A stretch of 64,000 nt of DNA from Candidatus Iainarchaeum sp. (GTDB lineage: Archaea; B1Sed10-29; WALL01): positions 104,500 through 168,499 of the forward strand of contig JAGMCR010000003.1 of the NCBI GenBank assembly GCA_023129115.1. The letters run 5' to 3'. Under the pieces are notes generated by a model. It was not told where the DNA came from and searched no databases. It saw only the letters and a list, made by a program, of their open reading frames with translations. Within the stretch, counting starts at the first letter, position 1, and each line of letters starts with the position of its first letter. Both the position numbers and the translations under genes were made by a program. Of this stretch, positions 8,694-17,856 are shown one piece after another.

Positions 8694-11600
8694 GTGCTCA
8701 AGCAGTTGGGAATCGACAAGCTCAACCCCGTGCAGGAAGAGGCGCTAGCCACGCGGTTCATCGAGAACCGCACCAACCTCGTCGTTTCCTCACCAACCGG
8801 CTCGGGCAAAACCCTAATTTCTTTGCTTGCGGCTTTGGAAGTAATCAAACAAGGCAAGAAAGTATTGTACCTATGCCCCCTACGCGCGCTCGCCTCAGAG
8901 CACTACGACACATTCAAAAAAGTTCCAGGCCTGAGGGTTGCCTTATCAACCGGCGATTTGGACTCTCGTGACCACCACTTACAAAACTATGACCTAATCA
9001 TCACTACAACAGAGAAAGCCGACTCCCTCATGCGCCACAAGTCCAAGTTCGTGCCAGGCGTCGGCCTCCTGGTCGCGGACGAAATACACCTGCTCGACAC
9101 CAACCGCGGCGCTACGCTCGAGACCATCATCACGCGCTTCCGACAGCTCCTCCCCAAATGTCAAATCATCGCCCTCTCTGCCACGGTCCCGAACGCAAAA
9201 GAAATAGCGGACTGGCTCGGCGCAGAGCTCGTCGAGAGCGACTGGCGCCCCACCCGGCTTACCAAAGGGGTCTACTACGAAAACATTATCGAGACCGACG
9301 CCGGAACAATCGAGGTATCCTCGACAGCAAAAACGCCCGTCCTCCAATTGGTCGAGGACACCGTCGCCCGCGGCGGCCAATCGCTCGTGTTCGTGAACAC
9401 GCGCCGCTCCGCAGTCGCCGAGGCCCGCCGCATCGCGTCAACACTCAACCTCAACAACGAAGACCTCGCCGACAAAATCCTTTCCGCGCTGGAGTCCCCC
9501 ACCCGCCAGTGCAAAGAACTGGCAGACATAGTCCGAAAGGGCGCCGCGTTCCACACCGCCGCCCTCGTCGCCGAACAAAGAAAGCTAATCGAGAGCGCCT
9601 TCCGCGAAGGAAAAATCAAGGCCATCGCCGCCACGCCCACTTTATGTTTACCTCCCGACACCAGAATTTTGCTGTCGGATGGTAGCTACACACCAATAAA
9701 AAAAGTTGGAGTTGGAATGTCAGTTAAATCCCTAGACCCCAAGACTCTTAAACTGGTTGACAATAAAGTTGTTTCAACAGGCAAACGAAAAACAAGTGGG
9801 TTGGTTAAACTAGTAACTCGAACAGGAAAAAAGATTGAGTTGACTAGTAATCACCCTATTTTGGTCAATGAGTTTGGAGAGCTCAAATGGATTCAAGCAG
9901 GTAAACTAACCAAAGACATGTGGGTGGCGACTCCTCGTCTAGTAGAAAAAGATCCTGTTGACGTGTTTACTTTGGATGTTCTTCCGCATGATAAATTAAA
10001 AGTAATTGGTTCTGAGAGAGTGTTTGGACGGGTGGTTGATTCTCTTTTACCTACATATAAAACAAAGAAAACGATGTATGAGCGTTACGGTATAAATGAG
10101 AATAGTTTTTTCAATTACTTGCGGGGGAAGACATCCATTCCTTTAGATCTGTTATTGGGCATGGCTGAGGATGCGGGTCTTAAACAAGAGGGAGTGTACA
10201 AGGGAATAAAGAGGGTGCTTTATTCTAGGTCGCCACATCTGAAAGACGCTTTAAGGCTACCTCTCTATATCAATAAAGACTTGGTCAAATTCATAGCTTA
10301 TATGCTTGCTGATGGTTCTGTTTCGAGAAAACTGTCGTGGTGGGTGGGTCATTCTTATGTTATTTCTTTTACTTCATCAGATAAAGCAAAAATAAAGGAA
10401 TTTCAAGCGGTTGTCCGCAGAGTGTTTGGCTTGAACAGTAAAGTGGTAGAAAGTTATTTTGATGATGGGGTCTCACACGTGAGGATTACATCAAAAACTC
10501 TTGGTTTGTTGCTTGAATGTTTTGGGGTCACCCCGGGAAGAAAAGCACACATCATAAGGATTTGCCCGTTTTTTTTCTCTTTGTCAAACGAGTTGATTTT
10601 AGAATTCATCTTTTCTTTGATTGAATGTGATGGTTGTTTCAGGGTTCAGGATAATGCCATAGAATATTATACCTCAAGCAAAGATTTTGCCACAGACCTA
10701 CAATCATTATTACTGAGCCAGGGGGTCATCTCTTCCATTTATCTGAAGAAAAATGATGGGGTCCGAGAGTTCCATAACCAGTTTATTGTTGCCAAGCACC
10801 CGCATTACCGTTTAGTGATAACTGGCAAGTCCGCAAAAAGATTGTTTAATCGTTTTGGAATTAAGACCAATCAAACAAAGACAACTTATGAAAAAGACCA
10901 GATTCCCCTGTCCATGAAGCTGCTTGAATTAAGAAAGAAACTTGGTATCTCAACATATGAAGCAAGGCAGTTGTCTGGTGTAGATTTTTGGGTTGCTGAG
11001 AACACACATAGAGTACTGACAAGAAAGACGGTGAAGAAAATTTGTTCAGTTCCCGCGTTAAGTTCGCCACCATTAGACGACATAAAAAGATTGGCGTTCT
11101 CCGATATTTACTGGGAAGAAATAAAAGATATCACTAAACAAAAAAAGAAAACAGATGTTTTTGATTTAAGTGTTGAATCAACCCATAGTTTCGTAGCTAA
11201 TAACATTATTGTTCATAACTCAATGGGCGTTAATTTACCAGCGGACACTGTAATCGTCCGCGACCTCTCCCGCTACACCGAGAACGGCCTCTCCCCAATC
11301 AGCGTGCGCGAGTACCTCCAGATGTGCGGCCGCGCGGGCCGCCCCAACTACAGCAAGGACGGACTCTCGGTCTGCGTCGCCAAGGACCTCGCCGACAAGG
11401 ACACATTCTTTTCCGACTATGTCATGGGCAAGCCCGAAAAAGTGTATTCCCAATTGGGGTTCGAGCCCGTGCTCCGCACCCAGCTCCTCGCGAGCATCGC
11501 GGTCGGCTTCACGCCGACGCGCAAGAAGCTCGACGAATTCCTCCTCAATTCCTTTTACGCCTTCCAGTACGGCGAAATCGACTCCATCCGCCGCAAGGCA

Positions 11601-12350
11601 GACGGCATCCTCCGCGAGCTCGAGGACTGGGGCTTCGTCACAACTGGCAACCACCTCCTGCCAACCCCGCTCGGCCGCCGCGTCTCCGAGCTCTACCTAG
11701 ACCCCTTCTCTGCCTACACAATCCTGAAGGCGCTCCGCGAGCGCTCGATGGGCGAGCTCGGGCTCTTGTACATGCTCACGGCGACGGACGAGCTCCGCCC
11801 CTACCTGCGCGCCCGGTCTGGCGAGGAGTCCACCCTGTGGGCCAATGCCTATTCCCACGAAAAGGAACTGGGGATTGACTGTGTGAACGTGGGGTTCGAG
11901 GACTACAACTTCCTTGACAAGTACAAGACCACCTTACTCCTCCGCGACTGGCTCGAGGAATTGCACGAGGACTCCTTGCTGGAAAAGTACGGCGTGGCGC
12001 CGGGCATCCTCCGCGCCAAATTGTCGAACTGGAACTGGGTTTCCTATGCAGCCATCGAGCTGGCCAAGCTCGAGCACCTCCCACTAAAGGAGCTCCGGCG
12101 CGTGGAGCGCCGCATCAAGTACGGCGTGCGCGGCGAATTACTCCCGCTGGTAGAGCTAAAGAACATCGGTCGCGTGCGCGCACGCAAATTGTTCAGTGCT
12201 TCCATAAAGTCTATCCCGGACCTGGAAAAGATGCCTGCGCAGGACTTGGCGCGCGTCCTTGGCCCGCGCGTCGCCGTGTCAGTAAAGAAGCAGCTGGGCG
12301 AGGAGGTCTCGCTGTCCACGCCCAGGTCCGCCCAGTCAAAACTGGAATAA
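8694..12350 (+). CDS. hel308: Hel308/Ski2-like DEAH-box helicase, intein-containing
   Basis: SPTGSGKT, DEIH, LSAT, ATPTL|SMGVNLPA, QMCGRAGRP, C-terminal HhH IGRVRARKL. Confidence 0.93.
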   Translation: MLKQLGIDKLNPVQEEALATRFIENRTNLVVSSPTGSGKTLISLLAALEVIKQGKKVLYLCPLRALASEHYDTFKKVPGLRVALSTGDLDSRDHHLQNYDLIITTTEKADSLMRHKSKFVPGVGLLVADEIHLLDTNRGATLETIITRFRQLLPKCQIIALSATVPNAKEIADWLGAELVESDWRPTRLTKGVYYENIIETDAGTIEVSSTAKTPVLQLVEDTVARGGQSLVFVNTRRSAVAEARRIASTLNLNNEDLADKILSALESPTRQCKELADIVRKGAAFHTAALVAEQRKLIESAFREGKIKAIAATPTLCLPPDTRILLSDGSYTPIKKVGVGMSVKSLDPKTLKLVDNKVVSTGKRKTSGLVKLVTRTGKKIELTSNHPILVNEFGELKWIQAGKLTKDMWVATPRLVEKDPVDVFTLDVLPHDKLKVIGSERVFGRVVDSLLPTYKTKKTMYERYGINENSFFNYLRGKTSIPLDLLLGMAEDAGLKQEGVYKGIKRVLYSRSPHLKDALRLPLYINKDLVKFIAYMLADGSVSRKLSWWVGHSYVISFTSSDKAKIKEFQAVVRRVFGLNSKVVESYFDDGVSHVRITSKTLGLLLECFGVTPGRKAHIIRICPFFFSLSNELILEFIFSLIECDGCFRVQDNAIEYYTSSKDFATDLQSLLLSQGVISSIYLKKNDGVREFHNQFIVAKHPHYRLVITGKSAKRLFNRFGIKTNQTKTTYEKDQIPLSMKLLELRKKLGISTYEARQLSGVDFWVAENTHRVLTRKTVKKICSVPALSSPPLDDIKRLAFSDIYWEEIKDITKQKKKTDVFDLSVESTHSFVANNIIVHNSMGVNLPADTVIVRDLSRYTENGLSPISVREYLQMCGRAGRPNYSKDGLSVCVAKDLADKDTFFSDYVMGKPEKVYSQLGFEPVLRTQLLASIAVGFTPTRKKLDEFLLNSFYAFQYGEIDSIRRKADGILRELEDWGFVTTGNHLLPTPLGRRVSELYLDPFSAYTILKALRERSMGELGLLYMLTATDELRPYLRARSGEESTLWANAYSHEKELGIDCVNVGFEDYNFLDKYKTTLLLRDWLEELHEDSLLEKYGVAPGILRAKLSNWNWVSYAAIELAKLEHLPLKELRRVERRIKYGVRGELLPLVELKNIGRVRARKLFSASIKSIPDLEKMPAQDLARVLGPRVAVSVKKQLGEEVSLSTPRSAQSKLE
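9645..11219 (+). mobile_element. LAGLIDADG homing-endonuclease intein (525 aa) in Hel308 motif V
   Basis: Starts CLPPDT, block B LTSNHP, FIAYMLADG and LIECDG motifs, ends IVHN followed by Ser; AT-richer than flanks. Confidence 0.93.
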
Positions 12351-12380
12351 TTATATACTCCAGCATTCCCTATTAGTGCG

Positions 12381-12728
12381 ATGTTCCAGTGGATTACTTT
12401 TGGGAAGGTCAAGTACGACAACAGCGTGTTCAGCCAGGACATCGTGATTTCGACTGACGGCGACGTCTACCAGCGCCAGGCGGGCGACCCGCTGAGGGTG
12501 ACTGCCGAGGAGCTTGACGCGAGCATCGACAGCAACACCAAGACAGTTGTCGTCGGCACGGGCCATTACGACATAGTCAAGCTAACCCCCGAGGCCATGA
12601 GCTACCTGAAGGACATGAAGATTGACCTCGTGGAAAAGCACACCCCTGAAGCGATTGACTACTACAACAAGCGCATGAAGGTCAAGGGCCGCAAGCCCGC
12701 CATAACCGCGATTATCCACGTGAAGTAA
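12381..12728 (+). CDS. Mth938-like (DUF498) protein
   Basis: FGKVKYD, VVVGTG, TPEAIDYYN, AIIH. Confidence 0.85.
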   Translation: MFQWITFGKVKYDNSVFSQDIVISTDGDVYQRQAGDPLRVTAEELDASIDSNTKTVVVGTGHYDIVKLTPEAMSYLKDMKIDLVEKHTPEAIDYYNKRMKVKGRKPAITAIIHVK

Positions 12729-12729
12729 A

Positions 12730-13068
12730 ATGTTCGACTCTTTTTCCTTTGGCTGTATTACCTGGGACGGCGAGGCCTGCCACTACGACGTCGTGGTCGC
12801 CAACTCCCAACTCCGCGAGCGCGGCCCCCGGCCAGAAAACCACTTGCTCGAGGCAGCCGAACTCCAGAACTACCTCACCCCAAACACAAAAAAAGTGATT
12901 GTCGGCACCGGCGCGTCTGGAGTCCTGCAGGTAGCCGACGATGCGAAGCAGTTGATGAAAGAAAAAGAAATAGAATTACTTGCGTTTCCGAGCGCCGAGG
13001 CAATCCAGCTCTACAACAAAGAAGCAGACAAAGCCACCGTGGTCGCGGTCATCCACTCTACTTGCTAG
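12730..13068 (+). CDS. Mth938-like (DUF498) protein, tandem paralog
   Basis: FGCITWDG, VIVGTGASG, EAIQLYN, IHSTC. Confidence 0.88.
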   Translation: MFDSFSFGCITWDGEACHYDVVVANSQLRERGPRPENHLLEAAELQNYLTPNTKKVIVGTGASGVLQVADDAKQLMKEKEIELLAFPSAEAIQLYNKEADKATVVAVIHSTC

Positions 13069-13104
13069 GCAGCACAAACTTGAGCGTGGCTTGACGAAGT
13101 AAAC

Positions 13105-14883
13105 CTATTCTTCAGGGGAAGGACGCTGTTCCAGAAATTCCTTGAATGGCCCCTTCTTTTTTGAGAGCTCGTTGAATTTGCCTTCTTGGACAATCCTGCC
13201 TTTGTCAAAAACAACGACCCTGTCGCAGTTCTTTAGGGTTGTCAAGCGGTGGGCAATGGTTATCATAGTCTTGTCTGAAAATATTTTTTCGAGGTTTCTT
13301 TGGATTATCACTTCGTTTGTATTGTCCAATGCAGAAGTCGCCTCGTCAAAGATTAGGACATCAGGTGACTGAAGAATAAGCCGTGCCAATGCAAGCCGTT
13401 GTTTTTGGCCGCCACTTAGGTTGTTTCCGTTTTCTGCGACTCTTCCACCAAACCCGCCAAGTTTGTTTTTAATTTCATTATAAATATTGGCTTTTTTAGC
13501 AGCGTTAACCAAGTCTTCCTGATTTACTCTTCTTGAGCATCCGTACGTAATATTTTCTTTTATTGTTCCAGAAAATACGTAAGTCTTTTGTGGGATGTAG
13601 GCAATCCGCTCCGCGATTTCTTTCCTGGTCAATGACTTCAGGTCTTTCCCAAGGAGGGATATCCACCCACTATAACTATGAATTAACCTAAGCAGAATCT
13701 TGACAAACGTTGTCTTGCCACAGCCGGATGCACCCACGACCCCAATTTTTTCCCCCCGCTTTATCTTGATGTTCACGTTGTTTAAGACATTATCAGACTT
13801 GTTGGAATAAGCAAATGAAACGTTTTTCAGCTCCAGAACATCAGCGGATTCTTTTGATTGCTGGGGGATTGCCTTGAACGATTCGTCCAGTGGCTGTGTT
13901 ATTAAGCCGTGCAAGTCCATTACTTTGATGGAGCTTTCGTGGGCCTCATCCAGTATCCTATGAACCTCCCTCAGCGGCCGGATAACACTTACAAACAGGA
14001 TGGAGTAAGTGAGTATGTCACCCTTTGTGATGATTCCGTTCACAGCAAAATAAATTGAAATGCTGACAACCAGCACGTAGAAAAAGGCTTCATTCAAATA
14101 TTTGGCGGCGTCGTACAGCGCCATCCAGATGTGGTGCCCTATCTCTATTTTTCTTAGTTTTTCGGCGATGTTTTCCACTTTTTTGACTTCTAACTCACCA
14201 GTGTTCGCTACCCGGATTGTTTCCAATCCCCCCATCATTTCGACGACTTTCCCATCAATCTGTTCTTTGCCCCGCAATAAAGCCACTCTAATGCCTTTTT
14301 GGGAAGAGATTTGCTTGATTACGATGAATAAACCCATGGGCACCACTAGAATCATGAAAGAGGCAAGCAACGGTTTTTGGTAGAAAGCTATTCCAAGAGC
14401 CGCCAGGGCAGAAAAAAAGACGGGGAAAAAGTCCAGAAACCCGAGCTTAAGCAGTTTGATGAGGCCTTGTATTGAACGGAATATCTTGCCGTGCAATGCC
14501 CCAATTTGATATTTGTTGATGAATTCGTTAATGTCTGTTTTTAGCAGCCGGCTAATCACCCTCACAGTCAGTTTCTTTTCAGTTTGTGTTGCTACGTTCT
14601 CCACCAAATATTTTCGGATGACCGTTAAAACTGCGTGGAAAAATATTATCGCAATAACCATCACTAAGAATGGAACCGCCATTTCAAAAGATGGGGCTTC
14701 CAACACAATCATCTCGTCAACAAATTTGCCGAGGATTACAGCCGGGAGGTTTGTCAAGAAACCAGTGACGAGCATTATTGCTGTGGCAAGAAACAAGGAC
14801 CGTTTTTCTTTTTTGTCCATCAATTGAGATACTGTGCTAAAGCCCCGCCGTATCTCCCGGAATTCTTTGAACAATCCCGCCAT
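13105..14883 (-). CDS. ABC exporter, fused permease + ATP-binding
   Basis: Multiple TM helices then GASGCGKTT, LSGGQKQR, FDEATSALD, IAHRL; AT-richer. Confidence 0.92.
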   Translation of the reverse strand: MAGLFKEFREIRRGFSTVSQLMDKKEKRSLFLATAIMLVTGFLTNLPAVILGKFVDEMIVLEAPSFEMAVPFLVMVIAIIFFHAVLTVIRKYLVENVATQTEKKLTVRVISRLLKTDINEFINKYQIGALHGKIFRSIQGLIKLLKLGFLDFFPVFFSALAALGIAFYQKPLLASFMILVVPMGLFIVIKQISSQKGIRVALLRGKEQIDGKVVEMMGGLETIRVANTGELEVKKVENIAEKLRKIEIGHHIWMALYDAAKYLNEAFFYVLVVSISIYFAVNGIITKGDILTYSILFVSVIRPLREVHRILDEAHESSIKVMDLHGLITQPLDESFKAIPQQSKESADVLELKNVSFAYSNKSDNVLNNVNIKIKRGEKIGVVGASGCGKTTFVKILLRLIHSYSGWISLLGKDLKSLTRKEIAERIAYIPQKTYVFSGTIKENITYGCSRRVNQEDLVNAAKKANIYNEIKNKLGGFGGRVAENGNNLSGGQKQRLALARLILQSPDVLIFDEATSALDNTNEVIIQRNLEKIFSDKTMITIAHRLTTLKNCDRVVVFDKGRIVQEGKFNELSKKKGPFKEFLEQRPSPEE

Positions 14884-16073
14884 CACGCAAACCTCTTCTC
14901 GACCGCTGCCTTGACTTTTCCGGGCGGGAAGGACAATTTAATCAGCCTCGTGTTCCCCCGTATCCCTGGCCCGCTCATGGTCATCGTAATCAATCCCATC
15001 ATGTCGAGCTCGTTGAGGTATTCCCTGAACCACCTCGCGCTCCTCGCCATGGTCTTCCACTTCTTGCACAGGCTTTCGTAGCCCTCATACGCTTCTCCGG
15101 AAAACAGCAGCCGCTCCCCGTTGTCGGTCAGCCTCCGGTACTTGCTCCCCTCCGCAGTAAGGTTGGCAATCGCGTAGAGCACGATGCTCTGGTGCTCGGG
15201 CAGCGTGTTAATCAGCTCAATGACAATGTCTTCCTCGACCGCGCTCCTCGCCTTCTTCACGTACTCTTCAGTCGCTTTCGTGTCCTGTGCGTCAGCGAAC
15301 TCGCCCGCCTTCAGCAGGAGCCGCAGCGCGTACCTCGCGTCGCCGCTTTCCTGCGCGGCGAACGCGGCGGCCAAGCCAATCGCGCCGTCTGTGATGTAGC
15401 CTTTCCTGAACCCTTCTTTCGCGCGGTCGGCGAGTATGGCGCTCAATTGCTCCGCGTTGTACGGCGCGAAGACCATTTCGTCCTGGCACAGCGTCGACTT
15501 GCTCCTCGGGTCAAGCTTTTCCTTGAAGTTAATCTTGTTGCTTATCCCGACCAGCGCGATGTGCCCCTTCTTCAAATCATCATTCGCACGCGTCAGCGCG
15601 TACACCAGGTCGTCCAGATCTTTTACCTTGTCGATTTCGTCCAGCACCACGATGAAGACAAGCCCCTTGTCGACGTATTCCACGAACTTTTCGTAGAGGT
15701 GCGTGGACGACAGCCCGAGGAAGCTCTCGTTCGGCTCGGCGCGCTGCGCGAGCTTCAGCAGGACCTGGTACTTCGTGTTGTGCGTCCTGCAGTTCAGGTA
15801 AATCGAGTCGACCTGTGCCTCGTACTTTTTCTTGGTCTCGTCGAGCTTTTCCATAACGTGCTTCACGACCGCCGTTTTTCCAACCCCGGTCTTCCCGTAC
15901 AGGAAAAGGTTCGACGGCCTCTTCTGCGAGAGCGCTGGGGCGATGACCTTCATCACCTTGGTTATCTCTTCCTCCCGGTACGGCAGCTGGTCCGGCAGGT
16001 AGTGCGGGCTGAGAACGTTCCTGTCCTCAAAAATAGTTGAGCGGTTGATCTCTTTCTCGAACAGGTTTTCCAT
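14883..16073 (-). CDS. cdc6: Orc1/Cdc6 replication initiator
   Basis: YGKTGVGKT, VLDEID, GDARYAL, C-terminal wHTH GIRGNTR. Confidence 0.95.
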   Translation of the reverse strand: MENLFEKEINRSTIFEDRNVLSPHYLPDQLPYREEEITKVMKVIAPALSQKRPSNLFLYGKTGVGKTAVVKHVMEKLDETKKKYEAQVDSIYLNCRTHNTKYQVLLKLAQRAEPNESFLGLSSTHLYEKFVEYVDKGLVFIVVLDEIDKVKDLDDLVYALTRANDDLKKGHIALVGISNKINFKEKLDPRSKSTLCQDEMVFAPYNAEQLSAILADRAKEGFRKGYITDGAIGLAAAFAAQESGDARYALRLLLKAGEFADAQDTKATEEYVKKARSAVEEDIVIELINTLPEHQSIVLYAIANLTAEGSKYRRLTDNGERLLFSGEAYEGYESLCKKWKTMARSARWFREYLNELDMMGLITMTMSGPGIRGNTRLIKLSFPPGKVKAAVEKRFA

Positions 16074-16215
16074 CCCGGCACCTCGCGGCTGACGATTATG
16101 GGAAGTGCCCTTTATAATGTTTTCTTCCGGTATTTTTTTGCATTAAACAGAGGCTTTTTATTACCCAAAAATTATAATCGGTCTTGCTTTTCAAGCTGTT
16201 AATGGAGGCTTACGA

Positions 16216-16575
16216 ATGGTGGGATTTCTTAAAAAACTAACTGGCACGCCTGGTGCCGAGGAAACGGAAGTCGAGGAGTATTTGGACACACTCGGCCTAG
16301 AGAACGAGGACTTCATGGAAGAAGAGGCGGACGTGTGGATCAAGCCATTCATCCTTGAGGACGTTGGCGATGCCACTGTTGTTCAGGACGAGCTGAGCAA
16401 CGGGAACATTGTGCTGCTTAACATCGAGCCCCTCATGAAGAGGAATGCCATCAAGCTGAAGCAGACAGTCAACAAAATAAAGAACGCGGCTAAGTCGCTT
16501 GATGGGGACATCGCGAGGCTCAGCGAGTACAAGCTCCTCGTGACGCCCAAGGGCATCAAGGTTTCGCGGAAGTAG
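16216..16575 (+). CDS. sepF: Cell division protein SepF
   Basis: DELSNGNIVLLNI...LDGDIARLSEYKLLVTPKGIKV; GGAGG RBS. Confidence 0.9.
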   Translation: MVGFLKKLTGTPGAEETEVEEYLDTLGLENEDFMEEEADVWIKPFILEDVGDATVVQDELSNGNIVLLNIEPLMKRNAIKLKQTVNKIKNAAKSLDGDIARLSEYKLLVTPKGIKVSRK

Positions 16576-16581
16576 AGGCCA

Positions 16582-17343
16582 ATGCTTCTGGACGCGCCCG
16601 CGCTTCAGGTGCGATACACCCTTAAGGACATTCTTGGCATCGTGGAGAGCGTTCTCAAGAGCCGCCACTGGCGCAAGTTCGACATCGAGAGCACTAGCCT
16701 TGTCTATGTCCCTCACTGGTTCTTCAACTTCGACGTCTACCAGGAGGCCGAGGGCAAGTCCCAAACTTACGCCTCCCAGATGGCAATCGACGCGGTCACG
16801 GGCAAGCTTAACCCGCTTATCGTCCAGATAATGCAGAGCGTGCCGACGAAGCGCGAGCGCGAGACCACGCACGGCATCGAGTGCGAGGCCCGGATCCCAT
16901 CGGTCCAGAATAAAGAGGTCAAGGACATAGCGGCCATAAAGGTCGCGGGCGAGATGAACCTGTCCAAGGAAGTCGTTACCGTCACGGGGGTGAACCTGCT
17001 TTACATCCCGTACTGGCAGGTGTGGATCCGCCTGCCGAGCGGCACGAAGCGCATTGACCTCGACGCAATCTCTGGCTCCCCGGTGTTCATTTCCGACGTG
17101 CCGGAGCGGGAGCGCGGCTCAATCGAGGTCACGATGGACATGCTGGAGGACCTCAAGACCCCCGCGGGCTGGGTCGACTACTCCAAGAAGGCCTTCGACT
17201 GGGGCTTTGGCGCTGCGGCGACCGCGGGCCAGGGCATCATGGGCAGTATTGCGCCCTGGATGCTCGGCACCCGCGTCGGCCAGTACACGCTCCTGGGCCT
17301 CGTAATACTGTTTCTCGTCATCTATTACTTCTACCTAGGCTAA
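16582..17343 (+). CDS. Hypothetical protein with C-terminal TM helix, downstream of sepF
   Basis: Two internal repeats (YVPHW..AIDAVTG / YIPYW..DLDAISG). Confidence 0.75.
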   Translation: MLLDAPALQVRYTLKDILGIVESVLKSRHWRKFDIESTSLVYVPHWFFNFDVYQEAEGKSQTYASQMAIDAVTGKLNPLIVQIMQSVPTKRERETTHGIECEARIPSVQNKEVKDIAAIKVAGEMNLSKEVVTVTGVNLLYIPYWQVWIRLPSGTKRIDLDAISGSPVFISDVPERERGSIEVTMDMLEDLKTPAGWVDYSKKAFDWGFGAAATAGQGIMGSIAPWMLGTRVGQYTLLGLVILFLVIYYFYLG

Positions 17344-17382
17344 GGCGTAACTATTTTATAGTCCCCCTGTGTTGCCCCACCT

Positions 17383-17856
17383 ATGGGCAAATGTGTGTTC
17401 TGTGACCTCAAGAAGGACGACGTAATCTACGCAAATGATGCCTTCCGCTCAACGTTCGACGCATTCCCGGTCTCCCCGGGCCACTCCCTCGTCATTCCGA
17501 ACCGGCACGTCACAACCATCGCCGAGCTGAAGGACGGCGAGTGGGCGCTGCTGAAGCCCGCAATCCTGAAGACCATCATGGTAATCGAGTCAACGGACTT
17601 CAGCGAGTTCTACAGCGGGTTCATCCACACGCCCGACGAGAAGACAGCTGTCTTTTCCGGCAAGATGCTTGAGCACACCGGCATAAGCAAGAAGCCGGAC
17701 GGCTACAACATTGGCGTGAACCTTGGGCCTGCCGCGGGCCAGACAATCGAGCACCTGCATCTGCACATAATCCCGCGCTACCTCGGCGACACCGAGGCGC
17801 CAGCCGGGGGCATCCGGCAGATAGTGCCCGAGCTTGGGGACTACACAAAGCTCTAG
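17383..17856 (+). CDS. HIT family hydrolase
   Basis: CVFC, PVSPGHSLVIP, AGQTIEHLHLHIIPRY. Confidence 0.92.
   Translation: MGKCVFCDLKKDDVIYANDAFRSTFDAFPVSPGHSLVIPNRHVTTIAELKDGEWALLKPAILKTIMVIESTDFSEFYSGFIHTPDEKTAVFSGKMLEHTGISKKPDGYNIGVNLGPAAGQTIEHLHLHIIPRYLGDTEAPAGGIRQIVPELGDYTKL

Noticed and set aside
16074-16215. oriC directly upstream of cdc6
   Set aside because: Short gap explained by two divergent promoters; no ORB repeats recognised
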